From positions 1-64,000 of the forward strand of contig JARGFH010000002.1 of the NCBI GenBank assembly GCA_029210695.1: a stretch of 64,000 bases of DNA, in the 5' to 3' direction. The notes beneath the pieces are model-generated. The model ran no database searches, had not been told where the DNA came from, and saw only the letters and a program-made list of their open reading frames with translations. Below, piece after piece: positions 46,912 to 57,404 of the stretch (the stretch's first letter is position 1; each line of letters opens with the position of its first letter). The position numbers and the translations under genes were made by a program. The DNA is from Acidimicrobiia bacterium (GTDB lineage Bacteria > Actinomycetota > Acidimicrobiia > Spongiisociales > JAHEDJ01).

Positions 46912-47628
46912 TCAGTGAACCAGCGTGCCGAAGCGTTCTCCCCGGACCGCCCTAACGATGTTCCCCGGTTTGGAAATGTTGAACACCGTGATTGGTAAAT
47001 TGTGATCCTTACACATGGTAATCGCAGTCGAGTCCATCACCCGGAGATCTTCTGCGATGACCCGCAGATAGGTCACTTCATCGAGAAGCGCGGCGTCGGG
47101 ATGTGTGCTCGGATCGGCGTCGTAGACTCCGTCGACGTTGGTCGCTTTCAGCACAACCTCAGCCCCGATCTCCACCGCCCGCAATGCGGCTGTCGTGTCG
47201 GTTGTGAAGAATGGGTTCCCGGTACCTGCCGCAAAGATGACGACCCGACCCTTCTCGAGGTGCCGGATAGCGCGCAACCGGATATAGGGCTCGCTGAGCT
47301 GGCGCATGCTGATCGCGCTCTGCACCCGGGTCGGCACGTCGATCTTTTCGAGTGCGTCTCGGAGCGCCAGAGCGTTGATGACGGTTGCCAGCATGCCCAT
47401 GTAGTCGGCGCTGGCCGGGTCCATGCCTTCGGCGGCCTTGGACACGCCTCTGAAGATGTTCCCACCACCCACCACGACGGCCATTTCGACGCCGGTCGCG
47501 TGAGCTTCCGAGATCTCCGTGGCAACCCGGCGAACCGTGACCGGATCGATGCCGTATCCGATCACCGGGTCGGCGAAGGACTCACCCGACAACTTCAGAA
47601 CCACTCGCCGCGGTGCTGCCTCCGTCAT
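46912..47628 (-). CDS. pyrH: UMP kinase
   Basis: [14 protein letters not shown] and GNPFFTTDT. Confidence 0.97.
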   Translation of the reverse strand: MTEAAPRRVVLKLSGESFADPVIGYGIDPVTVRRVATEISEAHATGVEMAVVVGGGNIFRGVSKAAEGMDPASADYMGMLATVINALALRDALEKIDVPTRVQSAISMRQLSEPYIRLRAIRHLEKGRVVIFAAGTGNPFFTTDTTAALRAVEIGAEVVLKATNVDGVYDADPSTHPDAALLDEVTYLRVIAEDLRVMDSTAITMCKDHNLPITVFNISKPGNIVRAVRGERFGTLVH

Positions 47629-47629
47629 G

Positions 47630-48244
47630 TCACTCCTCTCCGATGGTCAGCCGCGCGAATCTACGAATCGAGATGTTCTCACCCATCCTGGCGGCCAACT
47701 GGGTGACCATCTCGCCGATCGTCCCCTCGAACTTTGTCGAATTCGCAAAGGTCTGATCCAAGAGTACGTGGTCCTTGTAGAAGGACTCGAGGCGGCCCTC
47801 AATGATCTTGGGAATGATGTGCTCCGGTTTGCCCTCGTTCAGAGCTTGCTTGGAGATCATCTCGGTTTCTTTGGCGATCATCTCTTCGGGAACCTCTTCC
47901 CGGGTCGTCCAGGACGGTTTGCCCCAGGCAACGTGCATTGCGATGTCTTTGGCCACGGCCACGAACTCAGGCGTCTTGGCGACGAAGTCCGTCTCGGATG
48001 TGAGTTCGACCAGAACGCCGCTGATGGGACGATCATCCTGCATGTGAAGGTAGGAACCGATGGCTCCTTCAGAGGCCTCGCGGTCTGCCCGCTTGGCCGC
48101 GGCGGCTAGCCCGCGCTCGCGTAGCAACTCGAAGGCACGGTCGAGTTCGCCTCCGGACTCGCTGAGAGCCTTCTTGGCGTCCATCATTCCCACTCCCGCC
48201 TGTTGCCGGAGCTGTTGTACGTCTTTGGCAGTGAAGTCGGCCAC
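47630..48244 (-). CDS. tsf: Elongation factor Ts (short form)
   Basis: GMMDAKKAL and ETDFVAK. Confidence 0.96.
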   Translation of the reverse strand: MADFTAKDVQQLRQQAGVGMMDAKKALSESGGELDRAFELLRERGLAAAAKRADREASEGAIGSYLHMQDDRPISGVLVELTSETDFVAKTPEFVAVAKDIAMHVAWGKPSWTTREEVPEEMIAKETEMISKQALNEGKPEHIIPKIIEGRLESFYKDHVLLDQTFANSTKFEGTIGEMVTQLAARMGENISIRRFARLTIGEE

Positions 48245-48246
48245 CT

Positions 48247-49053
48247 TTAGCCTTCTTCCGTCGCGGTCGCGACAACTGCATCCTCGAGGGCCGGCGTAAC
48301 CACTTCCTCTGAGGCCGGCTCAATCTCTTTCTCAAACGCCGGCTCAACGTCGTGCATCGAATCCTTGCCGACGAGGTCACGTCCCTCCCGGCATGCATCC
48401 GCAATCACCGAAGCAAACAGGTCCGCGGAGCGTATCGCGTCATCGTTTCCGGGGATCACGACGTCGATGAGATCAGGATCACAATTCGTATCTACGAGGG
48501 CGACGATCGGGATACCCAACCTGCTCGCCTCTTTGACGGCAGTGGCCTCGGTGTTGACATCCACGATGAACACAACATCCGGCAGTCCATTCAGATTGCG
48601 GACTCCGCCGAGGTTGCGGACGAGCTTGTCGCGCTCGCGCCGCAGCCGCAGACGCTCTTTTTTGGGACGGGCATCCATTTCGCCCGTCTCGTCCATGCGC
48701 TCGAGTTCCTTCATGTAGGCGATCCGCTTCTGGATCGTCTGGAAGTTGGTGAGCATGCCGCCGAGCCAGCGGAAGTTGACGTACGGCATTTCCGCCCGGT
48801 CGGCGTTGTCGGCGACGGCTGATTGGGCTTGCTTCTTCGTTCCGACGAAGAGAACGGTTCCACCCGCTTGCACGATTCCGCGCACGAATTGGTGGGCATG
48901 CAGGGCTTGCTGGAGGGTCTGGCGTAAATCCACGATGTGGATCCCGTTGCGCTCGCCGTAGATGTACGGCTGCATCTTGGGGTTCCACCGTTGGGTCTGA
49001 TGACCGAAGTGGACGCCGGCTTCCAGCAACTGCTTCATTGTCACTGCTGACAC
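48247..49053 (-). CDS. rpsB: 30S ribosomal protein S2
   Basis: [27 protein letters not shown] and PGNDDA. Confidence 0.98.
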   Translation of the reverse strand: MSAVTMKQLLEAGVHFGHQTQRWNPKMQPYIYGERNGIHIVDLRQTLQQALHAHQFVRGIVQAGGTVLFVGTKKQAQSAVADNADRAEMPYVNFRWLGGMLTNFQTIQKRIAYMKELERMDETGEMDARPKKERLRLRRERDKLVRNLGGVRNLNGLPDVVFIVDVNTEATAVKEASRLGIPIVALVDTNCDPDLIDVVIPGNDDAIRSADLFASVIADACREGRDLVGKDSMHDVEPAFEKEIEPASEEVVTPALEDAVVATATEEG

Positions 49054-49064
49054 AGTTGCTCCTT

Positions 49065-49148
49065 TGTGGTTGTTCCTCCGCCCCGGCGATGACCGCTCCC
49101 GCGAAGCATCGGCTTCGACCGTGGGAGCTCACACGAGGCGTGCGTAGT
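49065..49148 (-). promoter_or_regulatory. Probable rpsB leader RNA (S2/t44-like autoregulatory element)
   Basis: Minus strand ACGCACGCC ... internal GCTCCC/GGGAGC stem ... GGGGCGGAGGAACAACC, directly upstream of rpsB. Resemblance judged by eye. Confidence 0.5.
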
Positions 49149-49203
49149 TGGCGAAAGCGTACCAGGAGAGACCAGGCGATGAGCAATCGGCCCGGCAGCC
49201 GCC

Positions 49204-49231
49204 AACCTAAAACCCAAAACCTAGAACCTGA
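49204..49231 (+). repeat. Heptamer repeat (AACCYRR)x4
   Basis: AACCTAA AACCCAA AACCTAG AACCTGA, immediately past the whiG stop codon. Confidence 0.6.
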
Positions 49232-49235
49232 TTAA

Positions 49236-50027
49236 TCACCGATAGCTGGGCTCGGTCATCCGATTGCGCAGACTCATCACCGACTTCGTATGGATCTGAC
49301 ACACACGGGATTCAGTGACTCCGAGGACGTCTCCGATCTCGGAGAGGGTGAGCCCTTCGTAGTAGTAGAGGGTCACGACCAGGCGTTCCCGATCGGGCAG
49401 CCGGTTGATGGCGTCGGCCAGGACCCGTTTCATCTCTTCGATCTGGAACGCTGCTTCCGGGCTGGTGCCGCGCGGGTCCGGGAGCACATCGCCGACGGTG
49501 GATGAGTCCCGATCCCTGCCCAGCAACTCGTCGAGAGCAACCAGACCGAGAGTTGAGATCTCAGCGAGGTTGTCCTGCAACTCATTGAGAGGCATGTCCA
49601 TGTGGGACGCCAGCTCTTCCTCGCTCGGCGTCCGCTTGAACCGGTGTTCGAGCTCGACGAGCGAACGTTCGATCTCGCGTGCTCTGGCGCGGACGGAACG
49701 CGGAACCCAATCGAGTTGCCGGAGCTCATCGAGAATGGCACCTCGGATTCGGTTGATGGCGTAGGTTTCGAACTTGAAGCCCCGTTCGAGGTCGAACTTG
49801 TCGATGGCATCGATCAACCCAAAGATGCCGTATGAGATGAGGTCGGACTGCTCAACGTTGCGTGGCAGACCCACACCGACACGACCGGCAACGAACTTCA
49901 CGAGAGGCGAGTAATGGAGGATCAGCGCGTCTCTGACCTTGTCCTCACCCGACTCTTTGAAGCGTCGCCACAACCCCATTACGTGGTCGTCTGAGGATTG
50001 TTCAGGCTCGCGGATGGCTTCGTTCAT
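49236..50027 (-). CDS. whiG: FliA/WhiG-family sigma factor
   Basis: LILHYSPLVKFVAGRV, GLIDAIDKFD, DELR.LDWVPRSVR and GVTESRVCQIH. Confidence 0.93.
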   Translation of the reverse strand: MNEAIREPEQSSDDHVMGLWRRFKESGEDKVRDALILHYSPLVKFVAGRVGVGLPRNVEQSDLISYGIFGLIDAIDKFDLERGFKFETYAINRIRGAILDELRQLDWVPRSVRARAREIERSLVELEHRFKRTPSEEELASHMDMPLNELQDNLAEISTLGLVALDELLGRDRDSSTVGDVLPDPRGTSPEAAFQIEEMKRVLADAINRLPDRERLVVTLYYYEGLTLSEIGDVLGVTESRVCQIHTKSVMSLRNRMTEPSYR

Positions 50028-50898
50028 ATGTCGCCTTGAGGTGGTCCCTGGTTACCGAAGTGTAAATCTGGGTCGTTGACAGATCAATGTGCCCCAACAA
50101 TTCCTGCACTGATCGTAGATCAGCGCCACCCTCTAAGAGGTGCGTTGCGAAAGAATGTCTAAATGCGTGAGGGAATGTGCCAGCCCGCCGGCGGACGATT
50201 CGTCTGATTCCCCGGGCATCGAGCGGGCCGCCGCGAGCACCGATCCACAGCGCCTCGCCGGCCCCATTACCCGCCAGCTGACCTCGCACGGATCTCAGGT
50301 AGTGGTCGACGGCGCGAACTGCAGGATCGCCGAGCGGCACAATACGCTGGCGGTCGCCTTTGCCGACGACTCGAATCATGTCACGCCCCTCGACGTCGTT
50401 CACGCGCAGTGAGGCCAGTTCGGCGACGCGGAGTCCGGAGGCATACAGCACCTCCAGAATGGCCTTATCCCGAATCTCGAGCGGATCATCACCATCGAGC
50501 GCGTCCAGCACGCCCAGCATCGCTCGTTGCGGAAGGGCCGATGGCAGCGTCCTGGGCAGCTTGAGTCGCGCCACTTGCTCGGCCGGATTGAACGGCAGCG
50601 CGCCCCGTCGGGTCAGGTCGGCGAAAAACGCTCGGACCGCTGAGGCTTTCCGGGCAATGGATCGCCGGGCATAACCGACGGTGTCCAGATAGGCGAGGTA
50701 TCGCCTCACGATTCGACGATCGACCTCTGACGGGGCGGAGATGCCGGCGCGATCGCAGAAGGAGAAGAACTGCGTCAGATCGCGTCGATATGCATCAATC
50801 GTGTGCGGAGAGGCGCCGCGCTGACTCGCCTTCCTTTCGAGATAGGCGGCGACGTCGGCTGCTGCCCATCCGGGCATCGGGGGGATCTTTGCCACCAC
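50002..50898 (-). CDS. xerC: Tyrosine recombinase XerC
   Basis: LYASGLRVAEL, GKG, HAFRHSFATHLLEGGADLRSVQELLGH and TQIYT. Housekeeping position after dprA. Confidence 0.9.
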   Translation of the reverse strand: MVAKIPPMPGWAAADVAAYLERKASQRGASPHTIDAYRRDLTQFFSFCDRAGISAPSEVDRRIVRRYLAYLDTVGYARRSIARKASAVRAFFADLTRRGALPFNPAEQVARLKLPRTLPSALPQRAMLGVLDALDGDDPLEIRDKAILEVLYASGLRVAELASLRVNDVEGRDMIRVVGKGDRQRIVPLGDPAVRAVDHYLRSVRGQLAGNGAGEALWIGARGGPLDARGIRRIVRRRAGTFPHAFRHSFATHLLEGGADLRSVQELLGHIDLSTTQIYTSVTRDHLKATYERSHPRA

Positions 50899-50950
50899 CC
50901 CATCCTCGCTGCGGGCAGCACCTGGGTCAACGACCTGCCCTCAGCCCGGT

Positions 50951-51985
50951 TCATCCACCGACCCGGGAACCCGGAACCACCAGGCCGTTGGTTCGATGGA
51001 TCTCTCCGGCAGCTTCGAGGCGAGCCAGGTCGGCGAGGACGTCGGCTACCCGGCGGCCGGTCTGTTCGACGATCCAGTCGACCGTTCGGCCGATCGGTCC
51101 GATCAATGCAACGAGATCGCTGTACTTGCGGACCGTCGCGCCGGCCGGCGGCCCCAACACGAGCGAGACCGCGGCAACCAGGTCTTGAGCCCCCAGGACG
51201 GGTATGGCTCCGTCTCTGATGAGGAGATTGCACCCCTCAGAGGCTGGCCGGTCGACGTCCCCGGGCACGGCCAGCACCTCACGCCCATGCTCGATTGCCG
51301 ACCTGGCCGTGATCAACGCTCCTCCGTCCCGACGCGCCTCGACAACAACCGTGACGGCGGAGAGCCCGGAGATGATGCGATTGCGGGGCGGGAACCGCCA
51401 ACCAGATGGGGGCGTACCGGGCGGATACTCCGAGACCACTGCTCCGTTCGCCTCCAGGATGGATTCGCCGAGCCGACGGTGCATCGCCGGATACCATCGG
51501 TCGGGGCCACAACCGAGCACCGCCACCGTGACCCCTCCAGCCGCAATCGCTCCCCGGTGGGCTGCCCCATCGACGCCTTTAGCCAGGCCACTGACGACCG
51601 GCCAACCGGCCACTGCCAGTGCGTGACCGAACTGCTCCGCAAGACGCAGGCCGTAGGTGGTGGCCCTTCTGGTTCCAACAACAGCCACACCGCGATCGAA
51701 AGGAAGCCGTCCACGGAGAAATAGCGCATCTGGTGCGTCCGGAAGCGAAGCCAGGTGGTCGGGGAGGTCCTCCCGATAGGCGATCTGTATTCCGGCCGCC
51801 GCCAGTTCCTCACGCCGATCGCTTGCAGGCACTAGCGCGGCATGGCGGGCGTGATCGGGAACCTTCTCGGCGCCCTGTTCGATTCGCGATAGGACGCGTC
51901 GGGCCGACCCGTACTTCTCGAGTAGCAAATTCCGTCTGGTTGGGTGCATCCCCACAAAGGCCAGCCTGAGCCGCTCGTCGTTCAT
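50951..51985 (-). CDS. dprA: DNA-processing protein DprA
   Basis: VAVVGTR, VSGLA.G.D..AH, FP.RNRIISG and GALITA. Confidence 0.95.
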   Translation of the reverse strand: MNDERLRLAFVGMHPTRRNLLLEKYGSARRVLSRIEQGAEKVPDHARHAALVPASDRREELAAAGIQIAYREDLPDHLASLPDAPDALFLRGRLPFDRGVAVVGTRRATTYGLRLAEQFGHALAVAGWPVVSGLAKGVDGAAHRGAIAAGGVTVAVLGCGPDRWYPAMHRRLGESILEANGAVVSEYPPGTPPSGWRFPPRNRIISGLSAVTVVVEARRDGGALITARSAIEHGREVLAVPGDVDRPASEGCNLLIRDGAIPVLGAQDLVAAVSLVLGPPAGATVRKYSDLVALIGPIGRTVDWIVEQTGRRVADVLADLARLEAAGEIHRTNGLVVPGSRVGG

Positions 51986-53457
51986 GTCCATTCCCCCCGA
52001 TAGGAGAGCGCTTCTGCGACATGTGGTTCCGTGATTACCTCGGACCCGGCCAGATCAGCGACGGTGCGAGCCACCCTCCGAATTCGGTCGAACCCGCGCC
52101 CGGAGATCTCCTGAAGATCGAAAGCTCGCTCCAGCAGGTGTCGGGCACCGGACTCCCAAACCTGGACGTCCAATCGATCGCGCCGGAGAGCGCGATTCAG
52201 CGACCCTCGATCGACCTGGCGCCGTCGCGCCAGGGCTACCCGCTCCTTCACTGCTTCGCTCGACTCGCCGGGGGGTCCCAGCAATGACGGACGATCAATC
52301 CGGGGAACCGGAACCCGCAAATCGAAACGATCGATTATCGGCCCGGAGAGGCGGCGACGGTACCGATCCAGTTGCGAAACCGAACAGCGGCACGCAACCA
52401 GACGATCGCCCATGAAGCCGCAGGGACACGGGTTGGTAGCCCCCACAGTCTGGAGAGCGGCCGGGAACTGCACGGTGGCACCCTTGCGCGCAACAGTGAC
52501 GCGCTGGTCTTCCAGCGGTTGCCGAAGCGCATCGAGGAGGTTGGCCGGAAACTCGCCCAACTCGTCGAGGAACAGCACACCGCGGTGGGCCAGGGACACT
52601 TCGCCGGGCACCGGGATTCCACTGCCACCCCCCACCATGGCCGCCACCGTCGCTGTGTGATGCGGTGACCGGAACGGCGGTCTGGTCCTGGATGGTCGTC
52701 CGCGACCGGACGCCGACCACACCTGCGCAACATCGAGCGCCTCACCATCGGTGAGATCCGGCAAGATCCCCGGCAATGCTCTCGCCAGCATCGTCTTACC
52801 CGACCCGGGCGGACCCCACATCAGAAGGTGGTGGCCACCCGCGGCCGCCACCTCCAGAGCCCGCTTCGCCAGCATCTGCCCCCGTATCTCCGCCATGTCG
52901 ACTTCGGGGACCACGTCCTCTTCCGGCAAAGCCAACAACGGCCGATCCGGGAGTTCACCAAGCGCGGCGGATACGGCCTCCGCCAGCGAACCAACCCCGA
53001 AGACCCGGCGGCAGCCGCCCAGAGCTGCCTCTGCGGCCGACTCCGAAGCGACCACGCACGGAAGTCCCTTGTGCTTGGCCAGCAAACCCGCAGCCAGGCC
53101 TCCCCTGGCCGGTCGCACCCCACCGTCCAGCGCCAGTTCACCAAGCGCAACCACACGACCTACTCCCGACGGCACCTGTCCCGCCGCGGCCAGAACAGCC
53201 AGCGCAATCGGCAAGTCATACGCTGAACCTTCCTTGGGAAGATCAGCCGGAGCCAGGTTCACGGTCACCCGCCGGCCCGGTAGGGCATAGCCGGAAGATG
53301 CGAGCGCCGCTCGCACCCGATCGCGGGCTTCCCGGATTGCCGTATCGGGCAACCCGACAACGGTCAAGCACGGCTTGGATGCACTGATATGAACTTCGAC
53401 CCTGACCGGTTGCGGGTCAACCCCAACCAGGGCAACGGAGGTAACTGAAGCGAACAT
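51982..53457 (-). CDS. comM: YifB/ComM Mg-chelatase-like AAA+ ATPase
   Basis: NLAPADLPKEGS.YDLPIA, GPPGSGKTMLA, PGEVSLAHRGVLFLDE and NPCPCG. Confidence 0.95.
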   Translation of the reverse strand: MFASVTSVALVGVDPQPVRVEVHISASKPCLTVVGLPDTAIREARDRVRAALASSGYALPGRRVTVNLAPADLPKEGSAYDLPIALAVLAAAGQVPSGVGRVVALGELALDGGVRPARGGLAAGLLAKHKGLPCVVASESAAEAALGGCRRVFGVGSLAEAVSAALGELPDRPLLALPEEDVVPEVDMAEIRGQMLAKRALEVAAAGGHHLLMWGPPGSGKTMLARALPGILPDLTDGEALDVAQVWSASGRGRPSRTRPPFRSPHHTATVAAMVGGGSGIPVPGEVSLAHRGVLFLDELGEFPANLLDALRQPLEDQRVTVARKGATVQFPAALQTVGATNPCPCGFMGDRLVACRCSVSQLDRYRRRLSGPIIDRFDLRVPVPRIDRPSLLGPPGESSEAVKERVALARRRQVDRGSLNRALRRDRLDVQVWESGARHLLERAFDLQEISGRGFDRIRRVARTVADLAGSEVITEPHVAEALSYRGEWT

Positions 53458-53502
53458 ACGAGCACCGTATGCCCGGGGAGGGACAGAAAGGGCCGCGGCT
53501 CT

Positions 53503-54462
53503 CTACATCACAATTCCGTCGATGCGCTCCATCACCTCGTCATCGAGACGGTCCATCACCTCGAGAGCGACCATGTTCTCGTGGACCTGCTCGGCGCGAC
53601 TCGCGCCGGTTATCACGGTCGACACATGCGGGTTCTTCGCACACCAGGCGATCGACAGCTGAGCAAGGCTGCAACCGAGATCGTCGGCGACCGTCTTGAG
53701 ATTCCGGACTTTCGTCAGATTCGCCTCGTCCGTTAGGAACTCGCGAAGCCACTCGTATCCCTCGAGTGACCCGCGACTGCCTTCGGGGATGCCGTCGAGG
53801 TACTTTCCGGTCAACAGTCCGGAGGCGAGCGGGCTCCAGATGGTGGTGCCGAGTCCGAGGTCGGCGTAGAGACGGGAATACTCTTTCTCGACCTTCTTGC
53901 GGTGTAACAGGTTGTACTGGGGTTGCTCCATCTGCGGTTTGTGCAAATGGTGGCGTTCGGCGATCTCCCAGGCGGCGCGAATCTCGTCCGCGTGCCATTC
54001 AGAGGTGCCCCAGTACAGGGCTTTTCCGGACGCGATGATGTCGTGCATTGCCCATACGGTCTCTTCAATTGGAGTGTTGGGATCGGCGCGATGGCAATAG
54101 ACCAGGTCGACGAAATCAAGCCCGAGTCGTTCGAGCGAACCGTCGATCGCGTGCATGAGGTACTTGCGGTTGAGCGTGTTGCGGGTGTTCACACCGTCGG
54201 TGATTCCCCAATAGAACTTGGTGGAGAGGATGTAGGAGGATCGCTCCCAGCCGAGGTCCCGAATCGCCTGGCCCATGATCCGCTCCGACTCTCCTCCGGC
54301 GTAAACCTCAGCGTTGTCGAAGAAGTTGACACCCGAATCGAACGCGGCCTGCATGCAGGCTGTCGCCGTTTCCAATCCCAGTTGAGTGTGGAACGAGACC
54401 CAGGACCCAAACGACAGAACGCTGACCTTCAGTCCCGAGTTTCCGAGCCGGCGATATTCCAT
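53503..54462 (-). CDS. Aldo/keto reductase (Kv-beta-like)
   Basis: [28 protein letters not shown] and [13 protein letters not shown]. Confidence 0.93.
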   Translation of the reverse strand: MEYRRLGNSGLKVSVLSFGSWVSFHTQLGLETATACMQAAFDSGVNFFDNAEVYAGGESERIMGQAIRDLGWERSSYILSTKFYWGITDGVNTRNTLNRKYLMHAIDGSLERLGLDFVDLVYCHRADPNTPIEETVWAMHDIIASGKALYWGTSEWHADEIRAAWEIAERHHLHKPQMEQPQYNLLHRKKVEKEYSRLYADLGLGTTIWSPLASGLLTGKYLDGIPEGSRGSLEGYEWLREFLTDEANLTKVRNLKTVADDLGCSLAQLSIAWCAKNPHVSTVITGASRAEQVHENMVALEVMDRLDDEVMERIDGIVM

Positions 54463-54867
54463 GACCTGCCTTCCATGAGGAGAAACCCTGAGACTAGAGC
54501 GGATGGACGGCGCGTTCACACAGTTCGGGCAGTCCAGGGATCGGGTTGAAGGTGAGGCCGTTGCGGCTGGAGCAGTCTCGAGTGCCAGCTCCGCCCGCAT
54601 CGTTGGCAACCAACCGCGCCTCTTCGGTCGGCGTCTGCTTCGAACCGGTGCGCTTTCCATTCGCACCAGTCGACCCTGACGGTTTCCTTTCGATGCTTGC
54701 CTGGCACGGTCGAACCTCCGAATGACAACACTGTCATTCATCGGCGCCGCCGGAGCAGACTGAAGGGTGGTTTGCGTGCACTTCGATTGACTAGCCACAG
54801 TCGATTGAACCGTTCGAAGGTTGGCCGTGAATTACACTGATGTAAGTCAACGGATGAAGGACGGACT

Positions 54868-55257
54868 GTGGCGCTCACGCTCACCAGAGAACTCACGGGC
54901 ATCGACGCGGTGGCAGAGGCGTGTCTCGACGTCTATCGCTCGACTGGAGAGGTGGCCGACCTGATGACCTGGAATCGTCTCTTCCTCGGTGAGTCGATCC
55001 ACCAGACGCCGGGAACGCCCACCGTCATTGTCCGCTCCACCCGTACGATCGAATGCGTTCTGCCCCATCGGGCTGATCCGGCCGACTACCTACCCGGCTT
55101 TCTGCGAATGGTGGGTGAGGAGTGGACGGTCCGGCTCCTGGTGCACAGTTCGGAGATCGGAACGGCCCATCGCCGACTGCGCGGAACCCCGATCACGATT
55201 CAGCCGTGGTGGTACGACGGAGGGTTTGTGCACTTCGGGCGGCCAGAGATTCCCTGA
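54868..55257 (+). CDS. Hypothetical protein
   Basis: 129-aa ORF with an AAGGA RBS, ending 3 nt before the HAD gene. Confidence 0.6.
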   Translation: MALTLTRELTGIDAVAEACLDVYRSTGEVADLMTWNRLFLGESIHQTPGTPTVIVRSTRTIECVLPHRADPADYLPGFLRMVGEEWTVRLLVHSSEIGTAHRRLRGTPITIQPWWYDGGFVHFGRPEIP

Positions 55258-55260
55258 GCA

Positions 55261-56220
55261 ATGCCTCCGTCCCTCCACACTCAGACCGTCATCGCCTTCA
55301 TCTGGGATTTCGACAGAACGCTGATCCCGGGCAATCAACAGGATTCTCTTTTCGCCGCGTTCGGCGTCGACGGCAGAAACTTCTGGCGAGAGGTCGAAGG
55401 CCTGGTCGACCACTATCAGTCGAAAGGCATCGGCATCGCCCGAGACACTGCCTACCTGAACCACATCCTCACCTATGTTGACGCCGGCATCTTCCAGGGC
55501 CTCAATCGAGCCAAACTCCACGAACTGGGTGCGGACATCGAGGTGTCGCCCGGCATACCGGAGTTCTTCGAAGCAACCAGAGCCTACGTAGCCGAAACCC
55601 CCGCCTTTGCCAGGGAAGGGATAACGGTCGAACACTATGTCGTGTCGACCGGGATCCGATCGATGATCGAGGGCTGTCCGATTGCAGGACACATCGACGG
55701 AATCTGGGCGAACGACTTCATCGAGGCCCCGGCACCGCCCGGTTACCTCGATCGCCTCGACATTCGCGATACGGAGAGCCAGATCACGCGCCTCGGATAC
55801 ACCCTCGACAACACCGGCAAGACGAAGGCGGTCTTCGAGGTGAACAAGGGGGTCAACAAAAACCCGCAGGTCGACGTGAACTCGCGGATGTCCGAGGAAC
55901 AGCGCCGGGTTCCGTTCACCCACATGATCTACATAGCCGATGGACCAAGCGATGTTCCGGTGTTTTCGATCCTCAACCAGCACGGCGGCAAGACCCTCGG
56001 GGTCTACAACACCGAACCGGCCAACAACTTCCCACAAGTGAAGCGGCTCCAGGAGCAGGGACGAATCCAGGGGATGGCCAAAGCCGATTATCGCGAGGGC
56101 GAAGCGGCTTACCTATGGCTGATGGACAGCCTCGATCAAATCGCAAGTGAGATCGTCGAGGCGCGCCGGCGAGCGTTCGCCCAGATCCCCAGGGCCCCCG
56201 GCCACGTCGACGAGGACTGA
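55261..56220 (+). CDS. HAD-superfamily hydrolase
   Basis: WDFDRTL (motif I), VSTG, KTK and YIADGPSDVP (motif IV). Confidence 0.85.
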   Translation: MPPSLHTQTVIAFIWDFDRTLIPGNQQDSLFAAFGVDGRNFWREVEGLVDHYQSKGIGIARDTAYLNHILTYVDAGIFQGLNRAKLHELGADIEVSPGIPEFFEATRAYVAETPAFAREGITVEHYVVSTGIRSMIEGCPIAGHIDGIWANDFIEAPAPPGYLDRLDIRDTESQITRLGYTLDNTGKTKAVFEVNKGVNKNPQVDVNSRMSEEQRRVPFTHMIYIADGPSDVPVFSILNQHGGKTLGVYNTEPANNFPQVKRLQEQGRIQGMAKADYREGEAAYLWLMDSLDQIASEIVEARRRAFAQIPRAPGHVDED

Positions 56221-56269
56221 ACACGACTTGCCGCCCATCCGACCCCGGCCCGCCATAACCTGACGCTTC

Positions 56270-57037
56270 TCATCTGCCGTTGAACTCCGGCGGGCGCTTC
56301 TCGAGAAACGACGCGACTCCTTCGGTCACATCCTCCGTCTGGAAGCAGATCAGCTGACCTTGGTGCTCGGCCTCCAGCGCTTCCTCGAATGAGAGCTCGA
56401 AGGAGCGGTTCATCGTTCGCTTGGCGAACATCTGAGGGATCGGGGCGGAGGAGGCGAGCAATTCCGCGATTTCCCGGGCTCTGTCGACGAGGTCGCTCGG
56501 ATCGACGACTTCCAGCACCAAGCCGATCTCCTTTGCCTCTCGTGCCCCGACGATACGACCGCTCAGCACTAGTTCCTTGGCTCTCTGGAGTCCGACCAGC
56601 CGGGGCAGCAGCCAGGTTCCCCCGAAGTCGACCGTCAATCCTCGCCGGACGAAGATCTCCGTGAATCTCGCTCGTGTGGAAGCCAGCACGATGTCACAGC
56701 CGAGTGCCAGGTTCATACCGGCCCCGGCCGCGATGCCGTCGACGGCGGCGATCGTGGGCTTGGTGAGCCGGTGGAGCCCCAGAGCGGCAGCTCCGACCTG
56801 CTTCATTCCATCGACCCGATCTGAGATCGACTCCGCCCGGTCTCCGCCGAGATCTGCGCCTGAGCAGAACTCATCTCCTGCCCCGGTCACAATCAGAACC
56901 CGCTGGTCGGACGCCTCGAAGGCTGCGAATTCGGATTCCAGCGCAGCCCACCCGGCGGCCGGGATGGCGTTCTTCCGTCCCGGTTGATTGAGGGTGAGCC
57001 AGCGGACCTGCCCGCGATCTGTGATCTCAATGAACAT
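56270..57037 (-). CDS. Enoyl-CoA hydratase / isomerase family protein
   Basis: FCSGADL, KPTIAAVDG.AAGAG..LAL.CD and EGV.SF.EKR.P.F.G. Confidence 0.93.
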   Translation of the reverse strand: MFIEITDRGQVRWLTLNQPGRKNAIPAAGWAALESEFAAFEASDQRVLIVTGAGDEFCSGADLGGDRAESISDRVDGMKQVGAAALGLHRLTKPTIAAVDGIAAGAGMNLALGCDIVLASTRARFTEIFVRRGLTVDFGGTWLLPRLVGLQRAKELVLSGRIVGAREAKEIGLVLEVVDPSDLVDRAREIAELLASSAPIPQMFAKRTMNRSFELSFEEALEAEHQGQLICFQTEDVTEGVASFLEKRPPEFNGR

Positions 57038-57102
57038 GCCCTGAGCCTATCCAGCCTCAGTATGTTCGCGCCGGCTTCGCCCGGAGATACCATGGGCGCG
57101 AG

Positions 57103-57213
57103 ATGGGATTCAATCCGTTCCGCCAACAGCGCACCACCGCGTTTGATCTCGCCCTCGTGGCTATCGCCATCGCGGTCACCATCGCGTTGATCATCTGGGC
57201 AATCGTCGGATGA
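57103..57213 (+). CDS. 36-aa single-TM small protein (not in the ORF track)
   Basis: MGFNPFRQQRTTAFDLALVAIAIAVTIALIIWAIVG. ATGA overlap with the next ORF. Confidence 0.65.
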   Translation: MGFNPFRQQRTTAFDLALVAIAIAVTIALIIWAIVG

Positions 57214-57404
57214 ACGAGGCAGTCGTGCCGGTCCAGCCGCACGCGGCCAGAAAGCAGTACCTCTGCCCGGGGTGTGAGGGGACAATCGAGCCCGGCACGT
57301 TTCACGTCGTCATCGTCCCGCCGGAGGAACCGGACCTCCGCCGCCACTGGCATCGGGGGTGTTGGTTCAAGGAACGGCGGAGACGCTACGGCCGCACTTC
57401 CTAA
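57210..57404 (+). CDS. Small actinobacterial Cys/His (zinc-finger-like) protein
   Basis: K.Y.CPGC...I.PG..HVV...RRHWH..CW. Confidence 0.75.
   Translation: MNEAVVPVQPHAARKQYLCPGCEGTIEPGTFHVVIVPPEEPDLRRHWHRGCWFKERRRRYGRTS

Noticed and set aside
50002..50898. Tyrosine recombinase as a prophage or island integrase
   Set aside because: XerC-like sequence in its usual housekeeping position, with no att sites or cargo seen.
53450..53465. SOS-like CGAACATACGAGC at the comM start
   Set aside because: The right half-site is GAGC rather than GTTC, and the left half is constrained by the ATG-TTC-G codons.
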